From the NCBI GenBank assembly GCA_964470005.1, contig CAYYAG010000001.1:9832-63651 (forward strand): DNA of 53,820 bases, read 5' to 3'. Source of the DNA: an uncultured Muribaculaceae bacterium (GTDB taxonomy: Bacteria > Cyanobacteriota > Vampirovibrionia > Gastranaerophilales > Gastranaerophilaceae). A program made the position numbers and the translations under genes. The notes beneath the pieces are model-generated. The model ran no database searches and was not told where the DNA came from. It saw only the letters and a list, made by a program, of their open reading frames with translations. This document shows positions 46,415-53,820 of the stretch, one piece after another (within the stretch, counting starts at the first letter, position 1; each line of letters starts with the position of its first letter).

Positions 46415-47261
46415 AGATTACCCGTTTTTAATTGATTATTTTACAAAAGGTATTAAAAATCCTGATAAAAATATTTCCCACTGCATATTATTATGGGGCA
46501 ACGACAGCGAAGCACAATATGAACTGGCGCTTGAAATATCAAGAATACTAAACTGTAAAGAAGATGCCGCACCGGATTGCAACTGCCTTAACTGTAACTG
46601 GATTAGAAGTAACACCCACCCGGCAGTCTTAACATATTCTAAAATTGATAACAAACCTTCTGATGATGATTCAAAAACAATGTTCTCTATCGCTCAGGCA
46701 AGAATGATTAAAAATAATCTTACCATAACATCAGAATATCACCGTGTATTAATTTTCTGCGATAAAGACCAGAACGGAAAACCATCCGGACTTAATCATA
46801 CAAACTTTTCAACCGATGCCGCAAATGCTCTTTTGAAAACTTTTGAAGAACCACCGTCTAATACTACTTTTTTCTTTTTGACAAATGATATATCAGATGT
46901 AATTTCAACTGTTGTATCACGTTCCCAATGCTTTTTTGTTCCGTCTAAAAAAGATGAACCCCAAAACTTTGAACTCGTTAATGATATCATGGCAAATTAC
47001 CTTGAACTGCAACAAAATGACGTCTGGGATTTTATTGACAAAATCTTATCACTTACAAAAAATGATGAACCCGCAGAAGTATTCCTACAAATGCAAAACT
47101 ATCTTGTTAACCTCTTAAAGTCAAACCTTAAAAATAATCCGATTAAGTTGAAGCTTTTGGATGATATTAAAAAGATTGAAAAAGCCAAAAAAGAACTTAA
47201 ACTTAATATGAACATTCAAACAATTGTTGAAAATCTTGCCTTTTCAATCGTTTTAAATTGA
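46398..47261 (+). CDS. holB: DNA polymerase III delta-prime subunit-like clamp-loader protein
   Basis: Degenerate P-loop (LLWGNDSEAQ), zinc module C..DC.CL.C.W, and the TFEEPP sensor motif. Confidence 0.7.
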   Translation: MSCLDKDYPFLIDYFTKGIKNPDKNISHCILLWGNDSEAQYELALEISRILNCKEDAAPDCNCLNCNWIRSNTHPAVLTYSKIDNKPSDDDSKTMFSIAQARMIKNNLTITSEYHRVLIFCDKDQNGKPSGLNHTNFSTDAANALLKTFEEPPSNTTFFFLTNDISDVISTVVSRSQCFFVPSKKDEPQNFELVNDIMANYLELQQNDVWDFIDKILSLTKNDEPAEVFLQMQNYLVNLLKSNLKNNPIKLKLLDDIKKIEKAKKELKLNMNIQTIVENLAFSIVLN

Positions 47262-47304
47262 TTAACAAATTGCAACCAGCTATACAGTTTCGTATAATAT
47301 AATT

Positions 47305-48960
47305 ATGAAAAAATTCAGTTTCCTAAACCAGTTTCCGGATGCAGTTATAGTAAGCAATAAATTAGGCGAGGTTGTTTTTGAAAACAATGCCTTTATTCGT
47401 AAATTCCAAAATGTTTCTAATTTGAAAAAGTTTTCACATAATATGAACTTTGATATCTGCCCCCTGAACAGCGAAAATATTGAAGTTTATTCACCGATTT
47501 ATCATGCACTGAATTCTGTTGAGAACTTTTTTGCTTATGTAACATTTGAACTATCACCTAATAATATCCTTTACTTTAATCTGACTGCAATAAAAAAGAA
47601 GAAATATACGATAATATTCCTTACAGACGTAACAGCTGAAAATGAACTTGCAGATTATAAACTTCAAAAAGAAAAATTGCAGCAAAAATATAATCTGCTT
47701 GAAGAAGAAAATCAGGATCTCCAGAAAATCCGACAAAAAGCTCAATCGCAAGCAATCCGTATTGCACTCATTAACAAAATGTCAAATATTATAAGAGAAT
47801 CAATGGACATATCAAAAATCCTAAACTCTGCCCTTTATGAACTTGCCATAATATTTGGCGCCTATGAGGCCTACTATGCCTCAAATTATGAAGGCGACTT
47901 TACTATAGATGAAATATACGGCAATAAAAATAAAAAACAACAAAAGATACGATTTGATGAAAACACTTACGCCCAAATAGCTTCGGGTAACATCTCTTTA
48001 AGCCACTCCTTGATTGAATACATAGGAGCGGAACCTTTTAAACAACCCGTAATGAGAATTATTGTTCCGATTTTTCATATGCAAAAATTAATCGGCGTTA
48101 TTGTTTTATTAAGCTATCAAAAACGTGAATTGAATGAAGAATTGGAAATCCTTGAAGCCATCTCCTCTCAACTTGGCAACGCAATTATAAGAGCTGAACT
48201 TTATCAGAATAATATTAAAACTGTCCATGAACTTAAAACCGCATTGAAAGAATTAAAAGAAACCCAAATTCAATTAATAAATTCAGAAAAAATGGCATCG
48301 CTCGGTCAACTTGTTGCCGGTGTAGCACACGAAATTAACACCCCCGTTGCCTCAATAAAATCAAATAATACTATATTGAGTAAATTTATTCCGCAAATTA
48401 ATGATCCTGAAATATCTGATATGCTAAAAGAAATTAATGAAATTGACCACGAGGCAATCCAACGAATAAGTAATATAGTTACCTCACTTAAAAAATTTGT
48501 AAGGTTAGATGAAGCAGAACTACAAGAGGCTGATATAAATAAAGAAATTGATTTGACCCTTGACCTTATAAGACATGAAACAAAAAATCGTATTGAAATA
48601 ATAAAACACTACGGAAATCTGCCGCTTATAAAATGCTATCCGAATATGCTAAATCAAGTTTTCACCAATATTCTAATTAATGCATGCCAGGCAATTCCCG
48701 ATAAAGGAATAATAGAAATTTCAACAGAATATAATAACAAAAATCTGACCATAAAAATAAAAGATAATGGAAAAGGAATACCCGAAAACCAGCTTGACAA
48801 GATATTTACAGCAGGATTTACAACAAAAGGTGCAGGCGTCGGGACAGGTCTTGGATTAGCAATTTGTAACAAAATTATTGAACGCCATAACGGCGAAATA
48901 TTGGTAAACAGTGCCGTTGGTAAGGGTAGTGAATTTATTATTACTATCCATGGTGAGTAG
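47305..48960 (+). CDS. cytoplasmic sensor histidine kinase (PAS-like, coiled coil, GAF, HisKA, HATPase_c)
   Basis: H-box AHEINTP, N-box NILINACQA, G-box GTGLGLAI. No TM segments and no adjacent response regulator. Confidence 0.85.
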   Translation: MKKFSFLNQFPDAVIVSNKLGEVVFENNAFIRKFQNVSNLKKFSHNMNFDICPLNSENIEVYSPIYHALNSVENFFAYVTFELSPNNILYFNLTAIKKKKYTIIFLTDVTAENELADYKLQKEKLQQKYNLLEEENQDLQKIRQKAQSQAIRIALINKMSNIIRESMDISKILNSALYELAIIFGAYEAYYASNYEGDFTIDEIYGNKNKKQQKIRFDENTYAQIASGNISLSHSLIEYIGAEPFKQPVMRIIVPIFHMQKLIGVIVLLSYQKRELNEELEILEAISSQLGNAIIRAELYQNNIKTVHELKTALKELKETQIQLINSEKMASLGQLVAGVAHEINTPVASIKSNNTILSKFIPQINDPEISDMLKEINEIDHEAIQRISNIVTSLKKFVRLDEAELQEADINKEIDLTLDLIRHETKNRIEIIKHYGNLPLIKCYPNMLNQVFTNILINACQAIPDKGIIEISTEYNNKNLTIKIKDNGKGIPENQLDKIFTAGFTTKGAGVGTGLGLAICNKIIERHNGEILVNSAVGKGSEFIITIHGE

Positions 48961-49270
48961 TATTGTGTTAAGTTTTGTAACACGGATTTTGTTGTTATCA
49001 CACAATTATACATAAGTTTATAAAAACAATCAATATATTTTTAAAAATAATACATTTAACCCAAGAATTTGTTCAAAAAATATGTTATATTATAAATATA
49101 AAGTGTGAGTGTTACCCTTATTATTTCTCACAAAAGTAAAAAGACATTTATGTAAAAGGAATTGTAACAGAAAATTAAGTAGAAAGTTATAAAAAAAGCA
49201 ATTAAATTCAGCACGAATTTTTTATATTAAATGTAGGTGTGAATTTATTACTTTAGTGTCGGAGGAAATA

Positions 49271-50128
49271 ATGACAATTAGTGTGAACAGCAAGAAAAAA
49301 CAAGTAAAGAAGACATTTGATGAATTATTGATGGATTTAAAAACAAGCAACTCAGAAAAAGTCAGATACAATGCTGCAAGAGTATTAGGAGAAATGGGTG
49401 ATTCCAAAGCGGTTGAACCGTTAATTGATGTATTAAAACATGATAAAAACGGGTCCGTAAGATTATACGCAGCACGTGCACTGGGTGAACTTGGCGATTC
49501 AAAAGCCACCGTACACTTGATTGAATCATTACGTGAAGACAGAAATGTTGATGTTAGAGTTCGTGCAGCAAGAGCCTTAGGCAGATTAGGCGGAGAAATT
49601 GTTGTAGAACCCCTTGTGGAAGCTTTAAACGATGAGAACCCACAGGTTTGTATTACAGCAACAGATGCATTGATTGAAATCGGTGACGTTGCAACTGATG
49701 CATTAATTGAGTCACTTGATCACGAAAAGGTTAACGTAAGATGCGATGCCACACGTGCATTAGGTGAAATCGGGAATAAAAAAGCTGTAGATAAAGTTAT
49801 TAATATGTTATATGACGAATGGGTTAACGTAAGAATTTATGCAGTAACATCTCTCGGCAAACTAAATGATACAAAGGCCGTTCCTGCATTAATCGACGTG
49901 ATGAAAAACCGCAACGAAAATGAACTGGTAAGAGCCGGTGCAGCTGCTGCATTGGGTGTCTTGAGAGATCAAAGAGCATTACTTCCATTGAGAGAATTAA
50001 TTATGGAGGCTGAAGAATTAGGCGAATTGGAAGATACCGCATTAAAATCTTTTAAGAAAATTATGGCTGCAAACTGGCAGTCAATTCCGGGCGCTACAGC
50101 ACAGAAAAAACCGGTAGCAACATTTTAA
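49271..50128 (+). CDS. HEAT-repeat protein (PBS-lyase-type HEAT-like repeats, about 7 copies)
   Basis: Repeating unit ..VR..AA.ALG..GD..AV.PLI..L at about 31 aa periodicity. GGAGG RBS before ATG 49271. Confidence 0.85.
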   Translation: MTISVNSKKKQVKKTFDELLMDLKTSNSEKVRYNAARVLGEMGDSKAVEPLIDVLKHDKNGSVRLYAARALGELGDSKATVHLIESLREDRNVDVRVRAARALGRLGGEIVVEPLVEALNDENPQVCITATDALIEIGDVATDALIESLDHEKVNVRCDATRALGEIGNKKAVDKVINMLYDEWVNVRIYAVTSLGKLNDTKAVPALIDVMKNRNENELVRAGAAAALGVLRDQRALLPLRELIMEAEELGELEDTALKSFKKIMAANWQSIPGATAQKKPVATF

Positions 50129-50145
50129 TTAATAAAATTTATCAA

Positions 50146-50179
50146 CAAAAAAGCCCTCAAAAATTTGAGGGCTTTTTTG
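50146..50179 (+). terminator. rho-independent terminator after the HEAT-repeat gene
   Basis: GCCCTCAAA pairs with TTTGAGGGC, followed by TTTTTT. Confidence 0.85.
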
Positions 50180-50228
50180 TAGTCAATTGTCCGATTTTAT
50201 TTTTTTAAAAGCTTTCTATAATATTATT

Positions 50229-50618
50229 ATGCTAGATTCATTATGGTACTACTCATTGAATAAGTCACCGTTAACACCACCTGCCTGGGTTTTCTCTGCA
50301 GCATGGACAGTACTTTATATAATGATTGCACTTTCTTTATTTTTCTATGTTAAAAACGGCCTTAAGCAAGAAAAAGTTATTCCCCTCATTGTATTCAGTA
50401 TTCAAATAATTCTAAATCTTCTATGGACGCCTGTATTTTTTGATTCGCATAGTATTAAAATGGCATTTGTAATAATTCTGTTATTAATAGTTTTTGTTGC
50501 TGCCAATATAATTCTTTTTTATAAAACGTCAAAGACCGCAGCATTACTTCTCGTACCATACTTTTTATGGCTGATTTTTGCTGCATATCTTAACTTTGAG
50601 ATTATTATACTGAATTAA
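50229..50618 (+). CDS. tspO: TspO/MBR-family protein, N-terminally short (4 predicted TM)
   Basis: WYYSLNKSPLTPPAWVFSAAWTVLY, LNLLWTPVFF and VPYFLWLIFAAYLNF match the TspO signature. The region equivalent to TM1 is absent. Confidence 0.8.
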   Translation: MLDSLWYYSLNKSPLTPPAWVFSAAWTVLYIMIALSLFFYVKNGLKQEKVIPLIVFSIQIILNLLWTPVFFDSHSIKMAFVIILLLIVFVAANIILFYKTSKTAALLLVPYFLWLIFAAYLNFEIIILN

Positions 50619-51115
50619 CCTTCCGCTGTAGAATAAAGTACTATTTTATTATCTGCCAGCGACTCTTTAACCTTAATAACTTTCTGATTGGAGCTGCCAA
50701 CCCAGAAAAGGTTGTTATCTTTTAATTCTTCGACAAATGGTCCTTCTGCAATCACATCGACATCAGAGATTCCTTCAAGATCTTTTATTTCCTCCCAGCT
50801 ATATCCTGTATAGAGCCAAATAGTTTTTTCAGGAAAGTATTGTCTGCATTTATTTATAAGTCTGAAAACTTCAGATCTGTTGGCTGGATACAACGGATCC
50901 CCACCGCTGAAGGTAATACCATCAATATAAGGTTTATCAAGAGCCTGAAAAAGTTCTTCTTCGGCTTTATCATCAAACAACAAACCGCCATTTTCGTCCC
51001 AGGTTATGGGATTCTGGCAATTTTTACAATGATGACAACAACCTGAAACCCACAAGACAACCCTCAGGCCTTCGCCATTCAGCATATCCTCTTTAGTAAT
51101 ATCATGATAATTCAT
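50615..51115 (-). CDS. nrdG: anaerobic ribonucleoside-triphosphate reductase activating protein (radical SAM)
   Basis: CxxxCxxC cluster (GCCHHCKNC), GITFSGGDP. Immediately downstream of nrdD. Confidence 0.9.
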   Translation of the reverse strand: MNYHDITKEDMLNGEGLRVVLWVSGCCHHCKNCQNPITWDENGGLLFDDKAEEELFQALDKPYIDGITFSGGDPLYPANRSEVFRLINKCRQYFPEKTIWLYTGYSWEEIKDLEGISDVDVIAEGPFVEELKDNNLFWVGSSNQKVIKVKESLADNKIVLYSTAEG

Positions 51116-51117
51116 AA

Positions 51118-53394
51118 TTACATGCTTATCCTGTCATTAATTTCTTCCATCTTTGCAGCATTAAGACGGGTATCGCCCTTGACTCGTGAATACGATAAAT
51201 AACCGTTCATTCTATCAATTTTGGTAAGATTTCTACTTCCGCATTTCGGGCATACATCCATATTTAATTCCTGATGGCCACAGTCATCACAATATGAAAG
51301 TGACAGATTTACACCTTCGTAAAAACCTTTATCCATAGCACGTTTAATAAGTGTTTCCACAGCTTTTGTATTATAAGAAATAGGATATTTCACATACTGA
51401 ATCTTACCGCCGTTCAAAAGTTCCCAGAATCTTCCTTCTAAATCCTGCTTTTCAATAGGACCTATTTTTTCTGAAACATGACAGTGGAAGCTATTAGAAA
51501 CATAACCTCTGTCGGAAACTTTATCTATTACACCATATTTTTTACGGAACTGTTCAACCTGCAAACCGCAAAGATTTTCAGCCGGCGTCCCGTATATAGC
51601 ATACAGATTTCCATCTTCTTCCTTAAATTCATTAACTTTTTTGTTAATGTATTTCATAACTTCGAGCGCAAATTCAGCGTCTTCAACCAGTGACTTGTGA
51701 TTATACAATTCCTGCAATTCATTCAACGCTGTAATACCAAACGACGCAGTTGCCGCCTTTAACAGCGGTTTTATTTTATCGTGCAAGCCCAAGTTTCCGC
51801 CGTAAAATCCACCTTCACAGAATCCCAGAGGATTAATTGACGCTCTCATTTCGCCTAAATATTCATAAGTTCTTTTATGAAGATTTCTAATCATTTCAAG
51901 ATAATAATCAAGCACTTCATAGAAATCTTTGCCTTCCTTTTGTGCTTTTGCATAAATCATAGGAAGATGCAGACTTATAGCGCCAATGTTGAATCTACCG
52001 ACAAATACAGGTTTGTCATTTTCATCTTCAGGTTTCATTCCGCCTCTTTCATACCATGGAGAAAGAAATGCCCTGCAACCCATAGGAGAAATAACTCTCT
52101 TATACTTTTTATACATACTGGCGATATAACCTTCACCGGTCAAGGAAAGCCAATCCGGGTACATTGTTTTCTTTGAACATTCAACACCCGCATCAAATAA
52201 TTCTTCAAGCTCCTTACCTTTTCCGTGAAGATTTTCATCATATAAGAATACAATTTTAGGGAACAAAACAGGCTTTTTGCATTCTTTTTTTCCTTGTCCG
52301 TTTTTACGAACCTCAAGCATTATTAATGATGCCATCTTTTCGAATTTACCTGTCCCGAGACCCATTGTCATTGTGATGAACGGATAATCGCCACGGCTTG
52401 AGGCAACAGTATTAAACTTATATTCCCAACCCTGGAAACCGTCATGAAAATCTTTTTGAACATCTTTTAAAGCTTCTTCTTCAGCTTTGTCAGCACTTAC
52501 ACCCATATCAAGATATTTTTGACAATTTTTATCAAATGTTTTTTGAGCGTATGGTGCCAAAATTTTATCGACTTCAGGCACGGTAAAACCGCCATACTGT
52601 TGGCTTGCAGCAGCCATAACAATATCACCTATAACGTCAAACGCAACCTCAAGAGTTTTAGGCTCATTATACCAGAGATTGCCCATTTCAAATCCGCCTT
52701 TAAGAACATTTGCAACATCAAAAAGACAGCAATTCATAGTATCCCGTCTTGCAGACATATCATGTATATAAATATACCCATCACGAATTGCCTGAAGTTC
52801 TGGAACCGTAAGAAAGAATTTTTTATAAAGTTCTTTATTTAACTGATTAAAAATCAAAGAACGTTTAGTTGATACAAGGGCAGAATCCGCATTAGAATTC
52901 TCTTTATCGCCGATATACATAATTCTTTGACTTTCCTGATAAACTTTATCAAGCATTCTTACAAAATCAATTTTATAATCTCTGTAATTCCTATAGCTTT
53001 TAGCCACATTAGGACTTACATTCTCCAGAGCATTTTCAACAATACAATGCATTTTAAATATTTCAACATCGTCCTGGCCTGTTTCAAGCACACTTTTATT
53101 GACAAAATTACATATACTGTCAAGCTCGCTATCTGTAAAATCTACGAGAACTCTTGCCGCAGATTTTTTAACGGCGGCAATAACTTTTTGGATATTATAT
53201 TCTTCTTTAGTACCGTCTTTTTTAATTATTTTTATATTGCTCAAATTCAACTTTGAATTTAAGTCGATAACCTTTGTAACAGGAGGGATTACAGGATCAA
53301 GAAGCTTTGGTTTAGTCACAGTTGCTCCCTCAATCTTGTCCTCAAAATTTGTTGTTTTAATGTTTACAACTTTCCCATCATTAATGTTCTGCAT
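51118..53394 (-). CDS. nrdD: anaerobic (class III) ribonucleoside-triphosphate reductase
   Basis: ATP-cone (IKKDGTKEEYNIQKV), C-terminal zinc ribbon CDDCGH..CPKCGS, and glycyl-radical tail RMNGYL. 758 aa. AAGGAG RBS. Confidence 0.95.
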   Translation of the reverse strand: MQNINDGKVVNIKTTNFEDKIEGATVTKPKLLDPVIPPVTKVIDLNSKLNLSNIKIIKKDGTKEEYNIQKVIAAVKKSAARVLVDFTDSELDSICNFVNKSVLETGQDDVEIFKMHCIVENALENVSPNVAKSYRNYRDYKIDFVRMLDKVYQESQRIMYIGDKENSNADSALVSTKRSLIFNQLNKELYKKFFLTVPELQAIRDGYIYIHDMSARRDTMNCCLFDVANVLKGGFEMGNLWYNEPKTLEVAFDVIGDIVMAAASQQYGGFTVPEVDKILAPYAQKTFDKNCQKYLDMGVSADKAEEEALKDVQKDFHDGFQGWEYKFNTVASSRGDYPFITMTMGLGTGKFEKMASLIMLEVRKNGQGKKECKKPVLFPKIVFLYDENLHGKGKELEELFDAGVECSKKTMYPDWLSLTGEGYIASMYKKYKRVISPMGCRAFLSPWYERGGMKPEDENDKPVFVGRFNIGAISLHLPMIYAKAQKEGKDFYEVLDYYLEMIRNLHKRTYEYLGEMRASINPLGFCEGGFYGGNLGLHDKIKPLLKAATASFGITALNELQELYNHKSLVEDAEFALEVMKYINKKVNEFKEEDGNLYAIYGTPAENLCGLQVEQFRKKYGVIDKVSDRGYVSNSFHCHVSEKIGPIEKQDLEGRFWELLNGGKIQYVKYPISYNTKAVETLIKRAMDKGFYEGVNLSLSYCDDCGHQELNMDVCPKCGSRNLTKIDRMNGYLSYSRVKGDTRLNAAKMEEINDRISM

Positions 53395-53477
53395 AGAAAT
53401 CTCCTTATTATTATAAGCAGAAACAGGGTATTATTAAATTTTCCCGAAAATCCTGTCTCGCGGTGTAAATAATTTAA

Positions 53478-53628
53478 GCATTCCGGCTATCTCAACAAGG
53501 ACTTGTGAGGTCATTTACAAAGCATGCTTTGTAAGTAACACGGCTGCGGACCAGCGGATGATTTACACATCTCTTTCCTTAAACTATTAAATATATTTTA
53601 CTACAAATTTTAAAATCATGGAATACCT
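53478..53628 (-). promoter_or_regulatory. candidate cobalamin riboswitch aptamer in the nrdD 5' leader
   Basis: The minus-strand RNA contains AGGAAAGAG-AUG-UGUAAAU-CAU-CCGCUGGUCCGCAGCCGUG. This parallels the btuB core GGGAAUCCAG-UGCGAAU-CUGGAGCUGACGCGCAGCGGU. A long-range helix pairs GUAUUCC (within 53620-53626) with GGAAUGC (53478-53484), inside a B12-box-like AGCCGGAAUGC. Confidence 0.5.
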
Positions 53629-53663
53629 TTAATAAAATTTAATATATTCGATTGATATAAAAA

Positions 53664-53690
53664 ATCACATGATGTAGATCACATGATGTA
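53664..53690. repeat. tandem direct repeat ATCACATGATGTA x2 (period 14), candidate operator upstream of nrdDG
   Basis: Identical 13-mers at 53664-53676 and 53678-53690. Each contains the palindrome ACAT-N-ATGT. Confidence 0.85.
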
Positions 53691-53820
53691 TTTTTGGGGC
53701 GGCTTGGGATTTTAATTTTTCTTAATTTACCATGTACTTTTTTCATGTAAATTTTATATTTTCTTAAGCTTGTGGCAGATTTACATTTAAAGTTCCCCAA
53801 TTATTTTTATAAAAATTCAG

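Noticed and set aside
53664-53690. Interpreting the tandem repeat as NrdR boxes
   Set aside because: The sequence does not match the 16-bp NrdR palindrome consensus. The 14-bp centre-to-centre spacing is incompatible with the usual two-box phasing. It is kept only as a generic operator candidate.
1-53820. CRISPR arrays, IS elements, integrases or prophage/defence islands (including next to tRNA-Glu)
   Set aside because: No spaced direct-repeat arrays and no transposase, integrase or recombinase-like translations appear in any supplied ORF. The genes flanking the tRNA are ordinary housekeeping genes.

Overview
This window reads as a gene-dense, visibly AT-rich core chromosomal segment from a diderm, probably anaerobic bacterium. 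I found no CRISPR array, transposase, integrase or prophage.

Recognisable content:
- Lipid A and heptose genes: hldC-lpxD-lpxC-fabZ, a separate lpxA, and a GT9 heptosyltransferase.
- MEP pathway genes: dxr, ispE, ispF.
- Lysine-branch genes: dapB, asd.
- Replication and repair genes: priA, pcrA, holA, holB.
- Other housekeeping genes: ffh, rsmA, tadA, rimI, hpf, mscL, mntP, a PPi-dependent phosphofructokinase, and the class III ribonucleotide reductase genes nrdDG.
- Signalling genes: one OmpR/HK pair, an orphan GAF-HK, and a pseudo-receiver GGDEF protein.
- Two tandem type IV pilin-like paralogs.
- RNA genes: RNase P RNA (type A hallmarks) and tRNA-Glu(CUC).

A plant/cyanobacterial-type glutamate-cysteine ligase, PBS-lyase-type HEAT repeats, LPS genes and pilins together suggest a non-photosynthetic relative of Cyanobacteria (Melainabacteria-like). 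This is inference only.

No obvious multi-gene novel system such as a defence island is visible. The most interesting unexplained signals are:
1. A cobalamin-riboswitch-like leader upstream of nrdDG, with a tandem-repeat operator candidate further upstream.
2. A roughly 165-nt GC-rich, highly structured intergenic element between glk and hsp20 that matches no RNA family I recognise.
3. Two copies of a sigma-28-type promoter motif (TAAA-N16-GCCGAT[A/T]A) driving uncharacterised small genes.
4. A 673-aa orphan protein with a central glycine-zipper hairpin, placed behind an AT-rich region with nested repeats.
5. A structured leader plus a Cys-rich mini-protein upstream of hpf.
6. Several unannotated small elements: a Met-rich sORF with a consensus promoter, a decayed pilin-like remnant, and a 22-bp perfect palindrome.

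All calls come from reading the sequence and the supplied translations. No searches were run.
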